NCBI GenBank assembly: GCA_012523035.1 | Contig: JAAYJH010000054.1 | Location: 752 to 64,751 of the forward strand | Origin: Fibrobacter sp. | Lineage (GTDB): Bacteria > Fibrobacterota > Fibrobacteria > Fibrobacterales > Fibrobacteraceae | Length of the DNA: 64,000 nt | Direction: 5' to 3' | Part shown: piece after piece, positions 19,583 through 28,343 of the stretch | How positions within the stretch are numbered: position 1 is the first letter of the stretch | Layout of the letters: each line of letters begins with the position of its first letter | Notes under the pieces: generated by a model | What the model was told of the DNA's origin: nothing | The model's input: only the letters and a program-made list of their open reading frames with translations | The model's database searches: none | Translations under genes and position numbers: made by a program

Positions 19583-21464
19583 TTCTCCATCAAAATCTAT
19601 TTTGGCGTCTAATTTAAGTTCCTTCGACTTTCAATTACTCGATATGATTGCGACTTTTGCAGGCCAAGCATTTGAAGAGAACGACAAAGACTTATTTGCT
19701 CTTCTATTTTTGACTCACAGTCAAGGTAGCACTCTCATAGAACTAGAAGACAGTGCCATTCAAACTGAACTCCAAAATATTTTTGAGTCTCTCTCAATAG
19801 AAGACAAAGATTCAATAGAAAATATAGACACTCTTTTTACAAAAATAAAAGTGACCATTCAAAAAATTAAAGATGAAAAATTGAGTTCCATTGTGGGGCA
19901 CAGCCAAAGTCAAAACCACCCTTTTATTTTAGAAGACAATCAGCTTTTTATTCAAAAATATTTCATAGCAAAAAACACGCTCACTCAAAAAATCCAAAGT
20001 CTTTTTCAAAAAGAAAATCCTTTTGATTTAAAGGCAGAATTACATAACGACACCAAATCTAACTTGTCATTTTTACACGAAAATCAAAGAGAGGCTGTCT
20101 ACAGGAGTCTTTATCAAAATTTAATTATTACTGGGGGTCCCGGTACAGGCAAAACCACTGTGGCCTTTTATATTTTAAAAGAGATCTTAGAGCGAGACAT
20201 CCATACTCAAATTTATCTGGCTGCACCTAGTGGAAAAGCGGCTGATCGTATGCGTGAAAGCATCAAAAACTCACTCTATAAATCTCTAAAAGAACAGCCC
20301 GAGAGCATTTCCAAAGAAATTCAAGAACGCTTCGAAAATCTCAGCTCTTCCACAATCCACCGCTTGCTAAAATACCAAGTGAAAACTCACTCCTTTAAAT
20401 ACAACTCCCAAAATCCTTTCCCAGAGGATTGTGTTTTTATCATCGACGAAGCCAGTATGATAGACATTGTGCTTTTTTCAAATCTATTAGAAGCAATCCC
20501 TCCAAACTCAAAAGTGTTTTTACTCGGCGATGAGAATCAACTCCCTTCTGTAAACGCTGGTGCTGTTCTTGGAGACTTGCTTTCTGAATTGCTCACTCAC
20601 TCTATAGTCAGACTCACTAAGTCATACCGTTTTGCCGGTGAAATTGCAATAATTGCAAACGCAGTGAACAATGCCAGTCCAAAAAATGAAGCTTCTCAAA
20701 AAAACTTAAAACTACTTCAAGAAATTTCCTGGAAAGCCCCTTTAGAAATTCAAAATCTTAATTTTTCTACTCTAAGCAAAAACTCCATATTATTCTTCGA
20801 GACACCTCAAGAATCGCAGTGGAAAATATTTTTAGATGACTGGATAGACAAACATTATCGAGTTTATTTCCCTAAAGTGAAAGACTTAAAAGATCGTCTG
20901 CTGTTTCACACTCAAAATACCATAACAAAAGATGATACTCCTATTTATGGCCTGTGTGAAGAAGTGTGGGAGTGGGTCTCGGACTCTAAAATTTTGTGTG
21001 CTGAGAAAAATAATTTTGAAGGCACCCTTTTTATCAATGAATATATAGAACAAAAACTTAAAAACCATGGGGTTTCATTAATCATTATCTCCAAAAATCT
21101 ATACCATCATCACTTATACAATGGTGATTTGGGGATTCACTTCAAACTCGGGACAAAAGAAGTGTTTATGTTTAGACAGGCCAACACCTTTGTTATTTAT
21201 CCAGCTTCTCCATTTTCTAAAGACCAATACGAGACTGCATTTGCTATCACTATACACAAATCTCAAGGCTCTGAATTTAGGACGGTTATGCTCGTACTGC
21301 CTAGTCATTCAAAGCATTTATTGCTCACCAAGCAAATTTTATACACTGGGATCACTAGGGCTATAAACACTTGTATTCTAGTGTCCAAAAAAGAAAGTTT
21401 TATGCATGCGGCTCAAAATAAAAACTCAAGAAAAACGGGCTTGATCAAAACCGAAATTCAATAG
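19572..21464 (+). CDS. recD: Exodeoxyribonuclease V alpha subunit RecD
   Basis: ITGGPGTGKTT, IIDEASMID, LLGDENQLPSV and TIHKSQGSEF. The start overlaps recB by 11 nt. Confidence 0.85.
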   Translation: MNINSPSKSILASNLSSFDFQLLDMIATFAGQAFEENDKDLFALLFLTHSQGSTLIELEDSAIQTELQNIFESLSIEDKDSIENIDTLFTKIKVTIQKIKDEKLSSIVGHSQSQNHPFILEDNQLFIQKYFIAKNTLTQKIQSLFQKENPFDLKAELHNDTKSNLSFLHENQREAVYRSLYQNLIITGGPGTGKTTVAFYILKEILERDIHTQIYLAAPSGKAADRMRESIKNSLYKSLKEQPESISKEIQERFENLSSSTIHRLLKYQVKTHSFKYNSQNPFPEDCVFIIDEASMIDIVLFSNLLEAIPPNSKVFLLGDENQLPSVNAGAVLGDLLSELLTHSIVRLTKSYRFAGEIAIIANAVNNASPKNEASQKNLKLLQEISWKAPLEIQNLNFSTLSKNSILFFETPQESQWKIFLDDWIDKHYRVYFPKVKDLKDRLLFHTQNTITKDDTPIYGLCEEVWEWVSDSKILCAEKNNFEGTLFINEYIEQKLKNHGVSLIIISKNLYHHHLYNGDLGIHFKLGTKEVFMFRQANTFVIYPASPFSKDQYETAFAITIHKSQGSEFRTVMLVLPSHSKHLLLTKQILYTGITRAINTCILVSKKESFMHAAQNKNSRKTGLIKTEIQ

Positions 21465-21507
21465 CTAAGATCATTCCCTTTCACTGCTTTAAAATAGTCG
21501 TTTCTAC

Positions 21508-21534
21508 AAAAAAAACACCCTTGAGTAGGGTGTT
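21508..21534 (-). terminator. Rho-independent terminator (strong in minus orientation, weaker bidirectional)
   Basis: 8-bp stem aacaccct/agggtgtt with a 5-nt loop. On the minus strand it is followed by T8. It lies between the convergent recD and TPR genes. Confidence 0.6.
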
Positions 21535-21545
21535 CAAAATTAAGA

Positions 21546-22217
21546 TTATAAAGAGGCTAAAAACTTTTTAGCTCGATCAGAGTATAATTGAGAATCTCCG
21601 TACCGCTTCAATAAAAGTTCGGCACTGGACTTGGCTTTATCAGCATTTCCCATTTCATAGTAAACCAAACTCAGTTTCCAGAGAGCATCGGGAACAGAAG
21701 GGACAGGATCCACACCTTCATTTTTTGTGTATCGATCACTCAAGTCACCCGTTCTTTTGCCGTATTTTAAGACGAATTTCTCCAGTTGTTCTGCAGCTAA
21801 AGCATAGTTTTTTTGCTCTATAGCGACCGATGCAAGACCATGCATGGCGGCGGCAGAAATCAAATCTACATTAGAGGTGTTGTTTAAACTTTTTTTGAAT
21901 AGAGCCTCTGCTTTATCAAAACTTCCATTTTTATAATGAATGTTTCCTGCCAATAAAGCCGCTTTAGATAGAGACAAAGCTTTTAATTTGTTGGACTGCA
22001 GTAAATCCTCTAATTCTTCCAAGGCTTCGGCATCTTTTCCTTGGTAAATTAGGCTCAAAGACTTGCCAAGATACTCTGCTTGAGTTTTTTCGGCTAGTTT
22101 ACTGGATTGAGACATTTGTGAAACAAGTGCAGCTAAAACAAGCAACACCACCACTCCAACTACAATTTTCACACCATGTTTTACAAAAAAATCTTTATGT
22201 GCGTTATTTTCTGACAT
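21546..22217 (-). CDS. Membrane-anchored TPR-repeat protein (YfgM-like architecture)
   Basis: One N-terminal TM helix (IVVGVVVLLVLAALV) followed by TPR-like helical repeats. Confidence 0.5.
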   Translation of the reverse strand: MSENNAHKDFFVKHGVKIVVGVVVLLVLAALVSQMSQSSKLAEKTQAEYLGKSLSLIYQGKDAEALEELEDLLQSNKLKALSLSKAALLAGNIHYKNGSFDKAEALFKKSLNNTSNVDLISAAAMHGLASVAIEQKNYALAAEQLEKFVLKYGKRTGDLSDRYTKNEGVDPVPSVPDALWKLSLVYYEMGNADKAKSSAELLLKRYGDSQLYSDRAKKFLASL

Positions 22218-22396
22218 AAATCAACCACTTTAAAGGTAAAAGTAAATAATTATCACAAAGATAGAAAAAAAATCAAAAAGAATAAACTCTTTTACAGAAT
22301 AAGCACTTTTCTTTACTTTTTTAATTGCATGAGTCAGTCGAAATCAAATTTTAAAAGCTAAGAATGATCCTAAGCAAAAAGTACTTCTTTTTCCTC

Positions 22397-22425
22397 TTGA
22401 CACTCTTATTTTAGATAGCTAAGTT
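22397..22425 (+). promoter_or_regulatory. Candidate promoter of tRNA-Thr
   Basis: TTGACA, a 17-nt spacer, then TAAGTT. The -10 element ends 27 nt upstream of the tRNA. Confidence 0.4.
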
Positions 22426-22452
22426 TAATTTTCAATTTTTTTCACCTTTTTT

Positions 22453-22525
22453 GCCACCCTAGCTCAGCTGGTAGAGCAGCTGATTCGTAATCAGCAGGTC
22501 GGCAGTTCAAGTCTGCTGGGTGGCT
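22453..22525 (+). tRNA. tRNA-Thr (anticodon CGU)
   Basis: Hand-folded cloverleaf. Acceptor stem gccaccc/gggtggc, D arm gctc-agctggta-gagc, anticodon arm gctga-ttCGTaa-tcagc, T arm ggcag-ttcaagt-ctgct. No encoded CCA. Confidence 0.9.
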
Positions 22526-22534
22526 CTTTTTTAT

Positions 22535-24289
22535 ATGAATACAAACGGCGCCATTATTGTTCAAAGTAATTTAGAGATTTTACTAGAAGTCCACCACCCC
22601 AGATATGAAATAGCCCGCGATGCTATTGCTCCTTTTACAGAGCTTGTTAAAAGTCCTGAACATTTACATACATATCAAATATCTCATTTATCTTTGTGGA
22701 ATGCTGCTTCAACAGGTTTAAGTCCTAAAGAAGTACTGCAACGCCTTGAAGATGAAAGTCGATACCCTATCCCTCCTTCGGTTGTTTATGAAATTGAAGA
22801 ATACATGGGTCGTTATGGTATTTTAAAGCTCTTCAAAGAAGATGACAATTTAATCTTAGAATCCAAAAATGAACTTCTTTTTTTAGAGGTTGTGCAGCTC
22901 CCAGAAATCAAAATTTTTGTCAAGCAAGTGATCAATAACCACCAAGCATATATCGAGCCCATGCGTCGTGGATACATCAAAATGTCTTTGGCCAAAGCAG
23001 GCTTTCCTGTCGAAGATTTAGCAGGTTACCTCACAGGAGATCCCCTTCCTATCTCTCTACGAGAAACTACTGTCTCCAATCAAAAATTCACTTTACGGGA
23101 TTATCAAAAAGAAGCCGCTCAAGTCTTCTATGCTTCGGGCTCTTCTATGGGTGGTTCTGGAGTCATTGTACTCCCTTGTGGTTCTGGTAAAACAGTCATC
23201 GGCCTGGCTACTATGGCACTGCTTCAAACCAAAACTTTAATACTCACCCCCAATATTTCTGCTTCTAGACAATGGATTCGAGAAATCATAGATAAAACTA
23301 GTTTAACTATAGACCAAGTGAAAGAATATTCAGGCGAGGTCAAAGAAATTGGCCCTGTTACAGTGGCGACTTATCATATATTAACCCAACGAAAAAGAAA
23401 ATCCAAAGAAGAAAAAAAAGAAGACCCTAAGAAAAAAAAGCAAGAACAAGAAAACATAGAAATGGTCAATATTCCGCTCTTTAGTGCACACAAATGGGGA
23501 CTCATGATATACGATGAAGTGCATCTTTTGCCTGCTCCAGTTTTTCGACTGAGTACCGAAATGCAAGCCACTAGAAGACTAGGGCTTACGGCAACTTTAG
23601 TGAGAGAAGACCATAAAGAAACCGAGGTTTTCTCTTTGATTGGACCTAAAAAATATGATATTCCTTGGCGTATTTTAGAATCACAAGGATGGATAGCCAA
23701 AGCAGATTGTAATGAAATTCGTGTCGCCATGAACCCCAAATTACGCATACAATATGTGACTGCAAATAATAGAGATAAAATTGTCATTGCAAGCACCAAC
23801 CCACAAAAAAATGAAGTGGTTCAGCTTTTATTGAATTACTTTAATGCTGAAAATGACCGCATATTGATTATTGGTCAATATCTAGATCAACTCCATCAAT
23901 TAGCAGAAGAAACCAAAATCCCGCTCATAACAGGTAAAACTCCCACAGTTGAACGAGACGCCCTTTATCAAGAGTTTAGAGATGGAGATATCAAACACTT
24001 GATGATTTCAAAAGTGGGTAATTTCGCCATTGATTTACCCGATGCTAATGTTTTAATTCAAATTTCTGGCACATTTGGGAGTCGTCAAGAAGAAGCTCAA
24101 CGACTAGGACGAGTACTCCGCCCAAAAAGTGATGGAGGACAAGCACACTTTTATTCACTAGTGACTCAAGATTCCAGAGAGCAAGAGTTTTCTATGAATC
24201 GTCAATTGTTTTTAACAGAACAAGGTTATGCTTATAACACTATCAGAGACACCGAGTGGTTAGAAAAGTTCTCCAATCCAAGCAAATAA
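22535..24289 (+). CDS. XPB/Ssl2 (ERCC3)-type SF2 DNA repair helicase
   Basis: The N-terminus GAIIVQSNLEILLEVHH...APFTELVKSPEHLHTYQIS parallels bacterial XPB damage-recognition domains. Walker A PCGSGKT, DEVH box IYDEVHLLPA, and GLTATLVRED. I place the start at ATG 22535, not the GTG at 22520 that lies inside the tRNA. Confidence 0.85.
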   Translation: MNTNGAIIVQSNLEILLEVHHPRYEIARDAIAPFTELVKSPEHLHTYQISHLSLWNAASTGLSPKEVLQRLEDESRYPIPPSVVYEIEEYMGRYGILKLFKEDDNLILESKNELLFLEVVQLPEIKIFVKQVINNHQAYIEPMRRGYIKMSLAKAGFPVEDLAGYLTGDPLPISLRETTVSNQKFTLRDYQKEAAQVFYASGSSMGGSGVIVLPCGSGKTVIGLATMALLQTKTLILTPNISASRQWIREIIDKTSLTIDQVKEYSGEVKEIGPVTVATYHILTQRKRKSKEEKKEDPKKKKQEQENIEMVNIPLFSAHKWGLMIYDEVHLLPAPVFRLSTEMQATRRLGLTATLVREDHKETEVFSLIGPKKYDIPWRILESQGWIAKADCNEIRVAMNPKLRIQYVTANNRDKIVIASTNPQKNEVVQLLLNYFNAENDRILIIGQYLDQLHQLAEETKIPLITGKTPTVERDALYQEFRDGDIKHLMISKVGNFAIDLPDANVLIQISGTFGSRQEEAQRLGRVLRPKSDGGQAHFYSLVTQDSREQEFSMNRQLFLTEQGYAYNTIRDTEWLEKFSNPSK

Positions 24290-25801
24290 ATTGTTTTTAT
24301 TTTCCATGGTTTCGAGTAATTTTAAATCTGGTTCTTTGCTTCTGGTCAAATCATAAAGTTTCAAAACATTTTCGTAGTGTTCTTGGAAACGGCTTTTAGC
24401 ATAAGCATCTGCAGATCCATTGTGAACCATAAAGGCCCAATCCGAAGCTTGAAAAAGAAGTATTTCGCGCATCATTTGCGTTTGGATCCTTTTGAGCAAG
24501 ACGCTTGGTTTTAAAGAATGCGTGTTCCTAAAAAAAGCTTGCATGGTAAAAAACTGAGAGTAAAAGGATTGGACCTTTTCGTTCATCCAGACATGGCTAT
24601 AGCCACCCTCTCCCCAAGAAGAAAATACCGGCTTATGCACAGTGGAAGATAGAGGGCTACGCATAACTTCTTCTACAGAAGCCAACTCCAAAATAGGAGA
24701 GGCCGCCGCTCTTTCAAATAAATTTTCTATGAAAATAGGCCCTTCAAACCACCAATGCCCAAACAATTCTGCATCGTAGGGAGATAAAATGGCCGCTTGG
24801 TGCCCTTTTGTATGAGGGAATAAATCTGTAAACGACGCCTCTCTGTTAGAGATAAATAAATTAGCGTGATTTTGTGCCAATCGCATTGCATTCCATGGTC
24901 TATAAACTTGCTTTTGTTCTGAACCTGTGATACGATTGTATTTTAGCCCTGTTTCTATAGGAGTGTTTTCTGCAAAAAAGTATTCTCCTAAATAATCTCT
25001 GTCTCGTTCAAAAGCTATATCTTTAAAAAACTCTCGATACTCTGGATGCCCTGGATAACCGGTTTTTCGACTCCAAACCTCTGCAGAACTTTTTTGATCT
25101 CTTCCCATACAATATAAGCCAGCAGGAGTTTTGATTGGAGAAAAAACACCATATTGTGGAGCTGGTTCTGCAAAAAGGATCCCATGTGTTTCTAAAAAAA
25201 AGTACTCAAAACCAAATTCTTTTAAGATAAAGTCTAAACCTTCAAAATAACCACATTCTGGGAGCCACAAGCCTTTTGGATTTCTGCCAAAAGCTTTTTT
25301 ATAGCTAGCGACTGTCACCTTCAATTGAAATCGAATCGACTCTAAATCACTTTGATAAGCTGGTAAAAACGGATGAGTACCCACACAAGTCAAGATTGTT
25401 AAAATCCCCAACTCCTCCATTTTTATAAAGGTAGAAATCAAGTTTTTTTGACAAGTATTTTCCCAAGTGTGTATCAGTGATTTTTGTCGTTGCAAATAAT
25501 AGCGAAGCACCACCATTTTTTGAGAATCTTTTTTAAGCAAGAACATTTCTTTTTCGATAAGCTCAAGTTGCATATAAAGATGTTTAGAATAGCGATGGAT
25601 TAAAAGTGGATCTTGACACATTTCAATCAATGTCGGAGACAAACTTAAATTTAAAACCCCTGGAAGTCCTTTTTCTAAAAGACGATTCAACACTTGAATC
25701 AAGGGTAAATAAGTCTCTGAAATAGCTTCAAAAAGCCAATTTTCTTCTAAGAATCGTTCGTGTTTAGGCTCACGCACAAAAGGCAAATGGGCGTGAAGCA
25801 A
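24260..25801 (-). CDS. GH57-family 1,4-alpha-glucan branching enzyme
   Basis: LHAHLPFVREP, nucleophile region LWLPECGY, acid/base region YDAELFGHWWFEG. The start is TTG at 25801, with AGGAAAG 9 nt upstream. Confidence 0.8.
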   Translation of the reverse strand: MLHAHLPFVREPKHERFLEENWLFEAISETYLPLIQVLNRLLEKGLPGVLNLSLSPTLIEMCQDPLLIHRYSKHLYMQLELIEKEMFLLKKDSQKMVVLRYYLQRQKSLIHTWENTCQKNLISTFIKMEELGILTILTCVGTHPFLPAYQSDLESIRFQLKVTVASYKKAFGRNPKGLWLPECGYFEGLDFILKEFGFEYFFLETHGILFAEPAPQYGVFSPIKTPAGLYCMGRDQKSSAEVWSRKTGYPGHPEYREFFKDIAFERDRDYLGEYFFAENTPIETGLKYNRITGSEQKQVYRPWNAMRLAQNHANLFISNREASFTDLFPHTKGHQAAILSPYDAELFGHWWFEGPIFIENLFERAAASPILELASVEEVMRSPLSSTVHKPVFSSWGEGGYSHVWMNEKVQSFYSQFFTMQAFFRNTHSLKPSVLLKRIQTQMMREILLFQASDWAFMVHNGSADAYAKSRFQEHYENVLKLYDLTRSKEPDLKLLETMENKNNLFAWIGELF

Positions 25802-25838
25802 AAATAAAAGCTTTCCTGGTATATCGATAAAGAATGGG

Positions 25839-27095
25839 TCACTCCGTCCTTTTCACTACTGTCGGCACAATGGTAGTAGGAAAATCACCGTCTTTATCTG
25901 TGGCAAAAACGGGAATAACTTGTGTGGAGTCGGGCAAATCCATCTCAAAAGAAAAAGTCCCATCCGAATTTAATGGAAATTCTTTTCCTCTCACTTGCAA
26001 ATGGGCATCGGGCTTGGTCCCACCATAAACTATCAATCGAGTTTTCACCCATAAAAAGAAATCTTTACCATATTGAATTGAATCTTTGTGCTCACCAAAT
26101 TCATTAGAAAACAATGCACCACTAGACAAAGCCCCAGAATACATAGACTCAGACGAACTAGAAAGAGAATCTAGCCAGTCTTTAGTGAAATCACTCGAAA
26201 CACCCGAGCTCCCTAACTTACCAATAGTGGCTCCACCCAAAGAAGCTTTGAAAAACAAATCATCTGTATTAGGTTGAATGGACTCAAAACTAAAAGCTTT
26301 CATTTCTCCTGTTTCTAAAATAGGACTAAATTTGCCTTGCTTTTCGGTACCTAAGATCATTTTTAAGGCACTTTTTTCTTGATAATGGTTTTGAACATAC
26401 CAGGTTTTGGCATCCAAAGGCACTTCAATGTCTTGAAAACTTTGCTTTTTAGAGCGACGCACCGTCAAATCGGATGCTACATCAAATAAACGAAGCACTA
26501 ACTTTTCTTTTCCATTTTTAACATCCTTTAATCTAGTTTCAGAAAGCTCCCAAAAAGCTTGAAGCCAATTCGGATCTTTTTGCATCAAAACCAAATATTC
26601 TGGTGAAAAAGAGTGTTGGATAGTATTGTGATCTAGACTTGAACCTACATTTTTTGTGTCCGAAGACTTTTTTAGTTTCTTTGGCTGTGTACTGGATGCT
26701 TTTTGTGATTCACGCACTTCTTTTACAGAATTCTTAATGTTTTTTATCGATTTCTTTAAAGGTTTCGTTGTTTTCTCTGTTTTTTTTGCAAGTTTTTCGT
26801 CCTTTTTAACTGTTTTCGTGGTTTTAAGAGGACTTTTCACCTGACTTTTAGCTTTTACAGTAGTTTCAGTTGCACCTTTAATCGCTTTCACCGTTTTTTT
26901 AACAGATTCTTTGGCAGGATTCAATGTTTTTGAAGTGGAACGCACCGCTTTAGCACTAGTTGCCGTTATGTCTGCCGCACTTCGTTTGGTAGCTTTTAAG
27001 GCCTTGTCTGCACCTGTTTTCGCAGCACTCACTGTTTTTTTTGCTGATTTTAATACTTTTTCAGCCACTTTTTTCACTGTTTTTTTGGTTTTCAT
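25839..27095 (-). CDS. DUF4912-like protein with a ~150-aa Lys/Ala/Thr-rich basic N-terminal tail
   Basis: AAGGAG Shine-Dalgarno. Low-complexity N-terminus KKTVKKVAEKVLKSAKKTV.... Core segment EYLVLMQKDPNWLQAFWEL resembles the DUF4912 signature. It lies directly upstream of GH57, as I recall for DUF4912 genes. Confidence 0.55.
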   Translation of the reverse strand: MKTKKTVKKVAEKVLKSAKKTVSAAKTGADKALKATKRSAADITATSAKAVRSTSKTLNPAKESVKKTVKAIKGATETTVKAKSQVKSPLKTTKTVKKDEKLAKKTEKTTKPLKKSIKNIKNSVKEVRESQKASSTQPKKLKKSSDTKNVGSSLDHNTIQHSFSPEYLVLMQKDPNWLQAFWELSETRLKDVKNGKEKLVLRLFDVASDLTVRRSKKQSFQDIEVPLDAKTWYVQNHYQEKSALKMILGTEKQGKFSPILETGEMKAFSFESIQPNTDDLFFKASLGGATIGKLGSSGVSSDFTKDWLDSLSSSSESMYSGALSSGALFSNEFGEHKDSIQYGKDFFLWVKTRLIVYGGTKPDAHLQVRGKEFPLNSDGTFSFEMDLPDSTQVIPVFATDKDGDFPTTIVPTVVKRTE

Positions 27096-27110
27096 CTTTT
27101 GCTCCTTCTA

Positions 27111-28343
27111 TTAATACTTATTGCCCCAAGAACTTAAGCCCATGAGTCCCAATTTGAAACCCACAAAGGCCTCACTAGCGTGATATTTTGAACTAGACGA
27201 CCGTTTTCCCCCTTGAAATGCCAAATCAATAACAGTGCCTCGCCTTCCTAATGGCAAACCTAAGCCCAAAGAAGCTCCCAATTCTTTGACTCCTCTTAAA
27301 TAATGCTTTTTATGCCATACCCCCGCACTATAAGACATACGGGATAAATACGACTCATAAAAAACACCGCTCCCCTCTTTTTTGTACCCTAAAGACAACA
27401 GGTATTCCTCTTGGACTTTTACACTGTCATGGAGAGCATAACCGCCCGCCAAAGTAGGAATAGATTTAGACCATGGACGCCACATAAAATCCAATAACAA
27501 ATGATGTTCTTTTAAAAAGCGATGCGATATTCCAGTAGCCACAGTGACAGGTACTTCTATTTTTCTAGATGTTTTGCTAGGGATTAAAGTGTCTAACTCG
27601 CTCTCTTGAAAACGGTATTCTAGATCATTTATAAGCGTGTGTCCATTGGTATAAGAAAAAAACATATTCGATCTTTTGCCTCTATATTGCATTGACAAAG
27701 TATAATAAGCAGGATGATTTAAAATGTCCCAAGAACCTTTAGCTATATCCGTAATGGAGGCATTATTGGTGGCCCAAACATCTGATTCATTCAATAAACT
27801 ATTGTTTGCTCCAAGCTCCATAGAACGCTGATTATTGCCCATCACAATATGTGCCGTCCCTCCGACCGACAAACGGTACCAAAAAGGCAATTTTAATGCA
27901 TAAGAGGGAGTAAACTCAAAAATACTGCCTTGGTATTCTATTTTTAAATCATTACCAGCCACCGAATCTTTTAAGTCGTATTTTAAGATAGAGCTATAGC
28001 GTTGCCACAGACCCATAGAAAAAGCACCTAAATTTCCCATTGGAAAAGCTAAATAAAAAGAAGGTATAGAAATGCTATTGGTACTAAAAGAAGATTTTTT
28101 TGTAGAAATAGAGGTGAGTTGATATTCTAAATTTGCAGAAAAAGAAACGCTTTTATTAAAACCAAGCCTAGCAGGGTTTAGCATTGAAACGCCTTCTTCT
28201 ATTTTTGCATTTCCAGCATAGCCAGTCGCCGCTAAAGAAGCACTGGCACCGCTCATATCTTCGAAACCTAAAGCCTCTAAACCTAAAACAGAAGCAACAG
28301 AAACAACACTAAAACTAAAAACTAAACACAACAAAAATCTCAT
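27111..28343 (-). CDS. Putative outer-membrane beta-barrel protein (FadL/PorV-like N-terminal motif)
   Basis: Signal peptide. ATGYAGNAKIEEGVSMLNPARLG resembles the N-terminal hatch motif of FadL/PorV-type barrels. Alternating beta-strand pattern with an aromatic C-terminus (...WGNKY). Confidence 0.45.
   Translation of the reverse strand: MRFLLCLVFSFSVVSVASVLGLEALGFEDMSGASASLAATGYAGNAKIEEGVSMLNPARLGFNKSVSFSANLEYQLTSISTKKSSFSTNSISIPSFYLAFPMGNLGAFSMGLWQRYSSILKYDLKDSVAGNDLKIEYQGSIFEFTPSYALKLPFWYRLSVGGTAHIVMGNNQRSMELGANNSLLNESDVWATNNASITDIAKGSWDILNHPAYYTLSMQYRGKRSNMFFSYTNGHTLINDLEYRFQESELDTLIPSKTSRKIEVPVTVATGISHRFLKEHHLLLDFMWRPWSKSIPTLAGGYALHDSVKVQEEYLLSLGYKKEGSGVFYESYLSRMSYSAGVWHKKHYLRGVKELGASLGLGLPLGRRGTVIDLAFQGGKRSSSSKYHASEAFVGFKLGLMGLSSWGNKY

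Noticed and set aside
23374-23799. 141-aa and 61-aa ORFs antisense to the XPB helicase gene.
   Set aside because: They lie entirely within a strongly supported CDS. The product is low-complexity and derives from the reverse of the Lys-rich insert.
25801-25841. Possible frameshift or fusion between the DUF4912-like gene and GH57, because the GH57 frame stays open upstream of LHAHLPF without an ATG or GTG.
   Set aside because: A TTG at 25801 is preceded by AGGAAAG at a 9-nt spacing, and the upstream gene has its own TGA in another frame. An ordinary TTG start explains the data.
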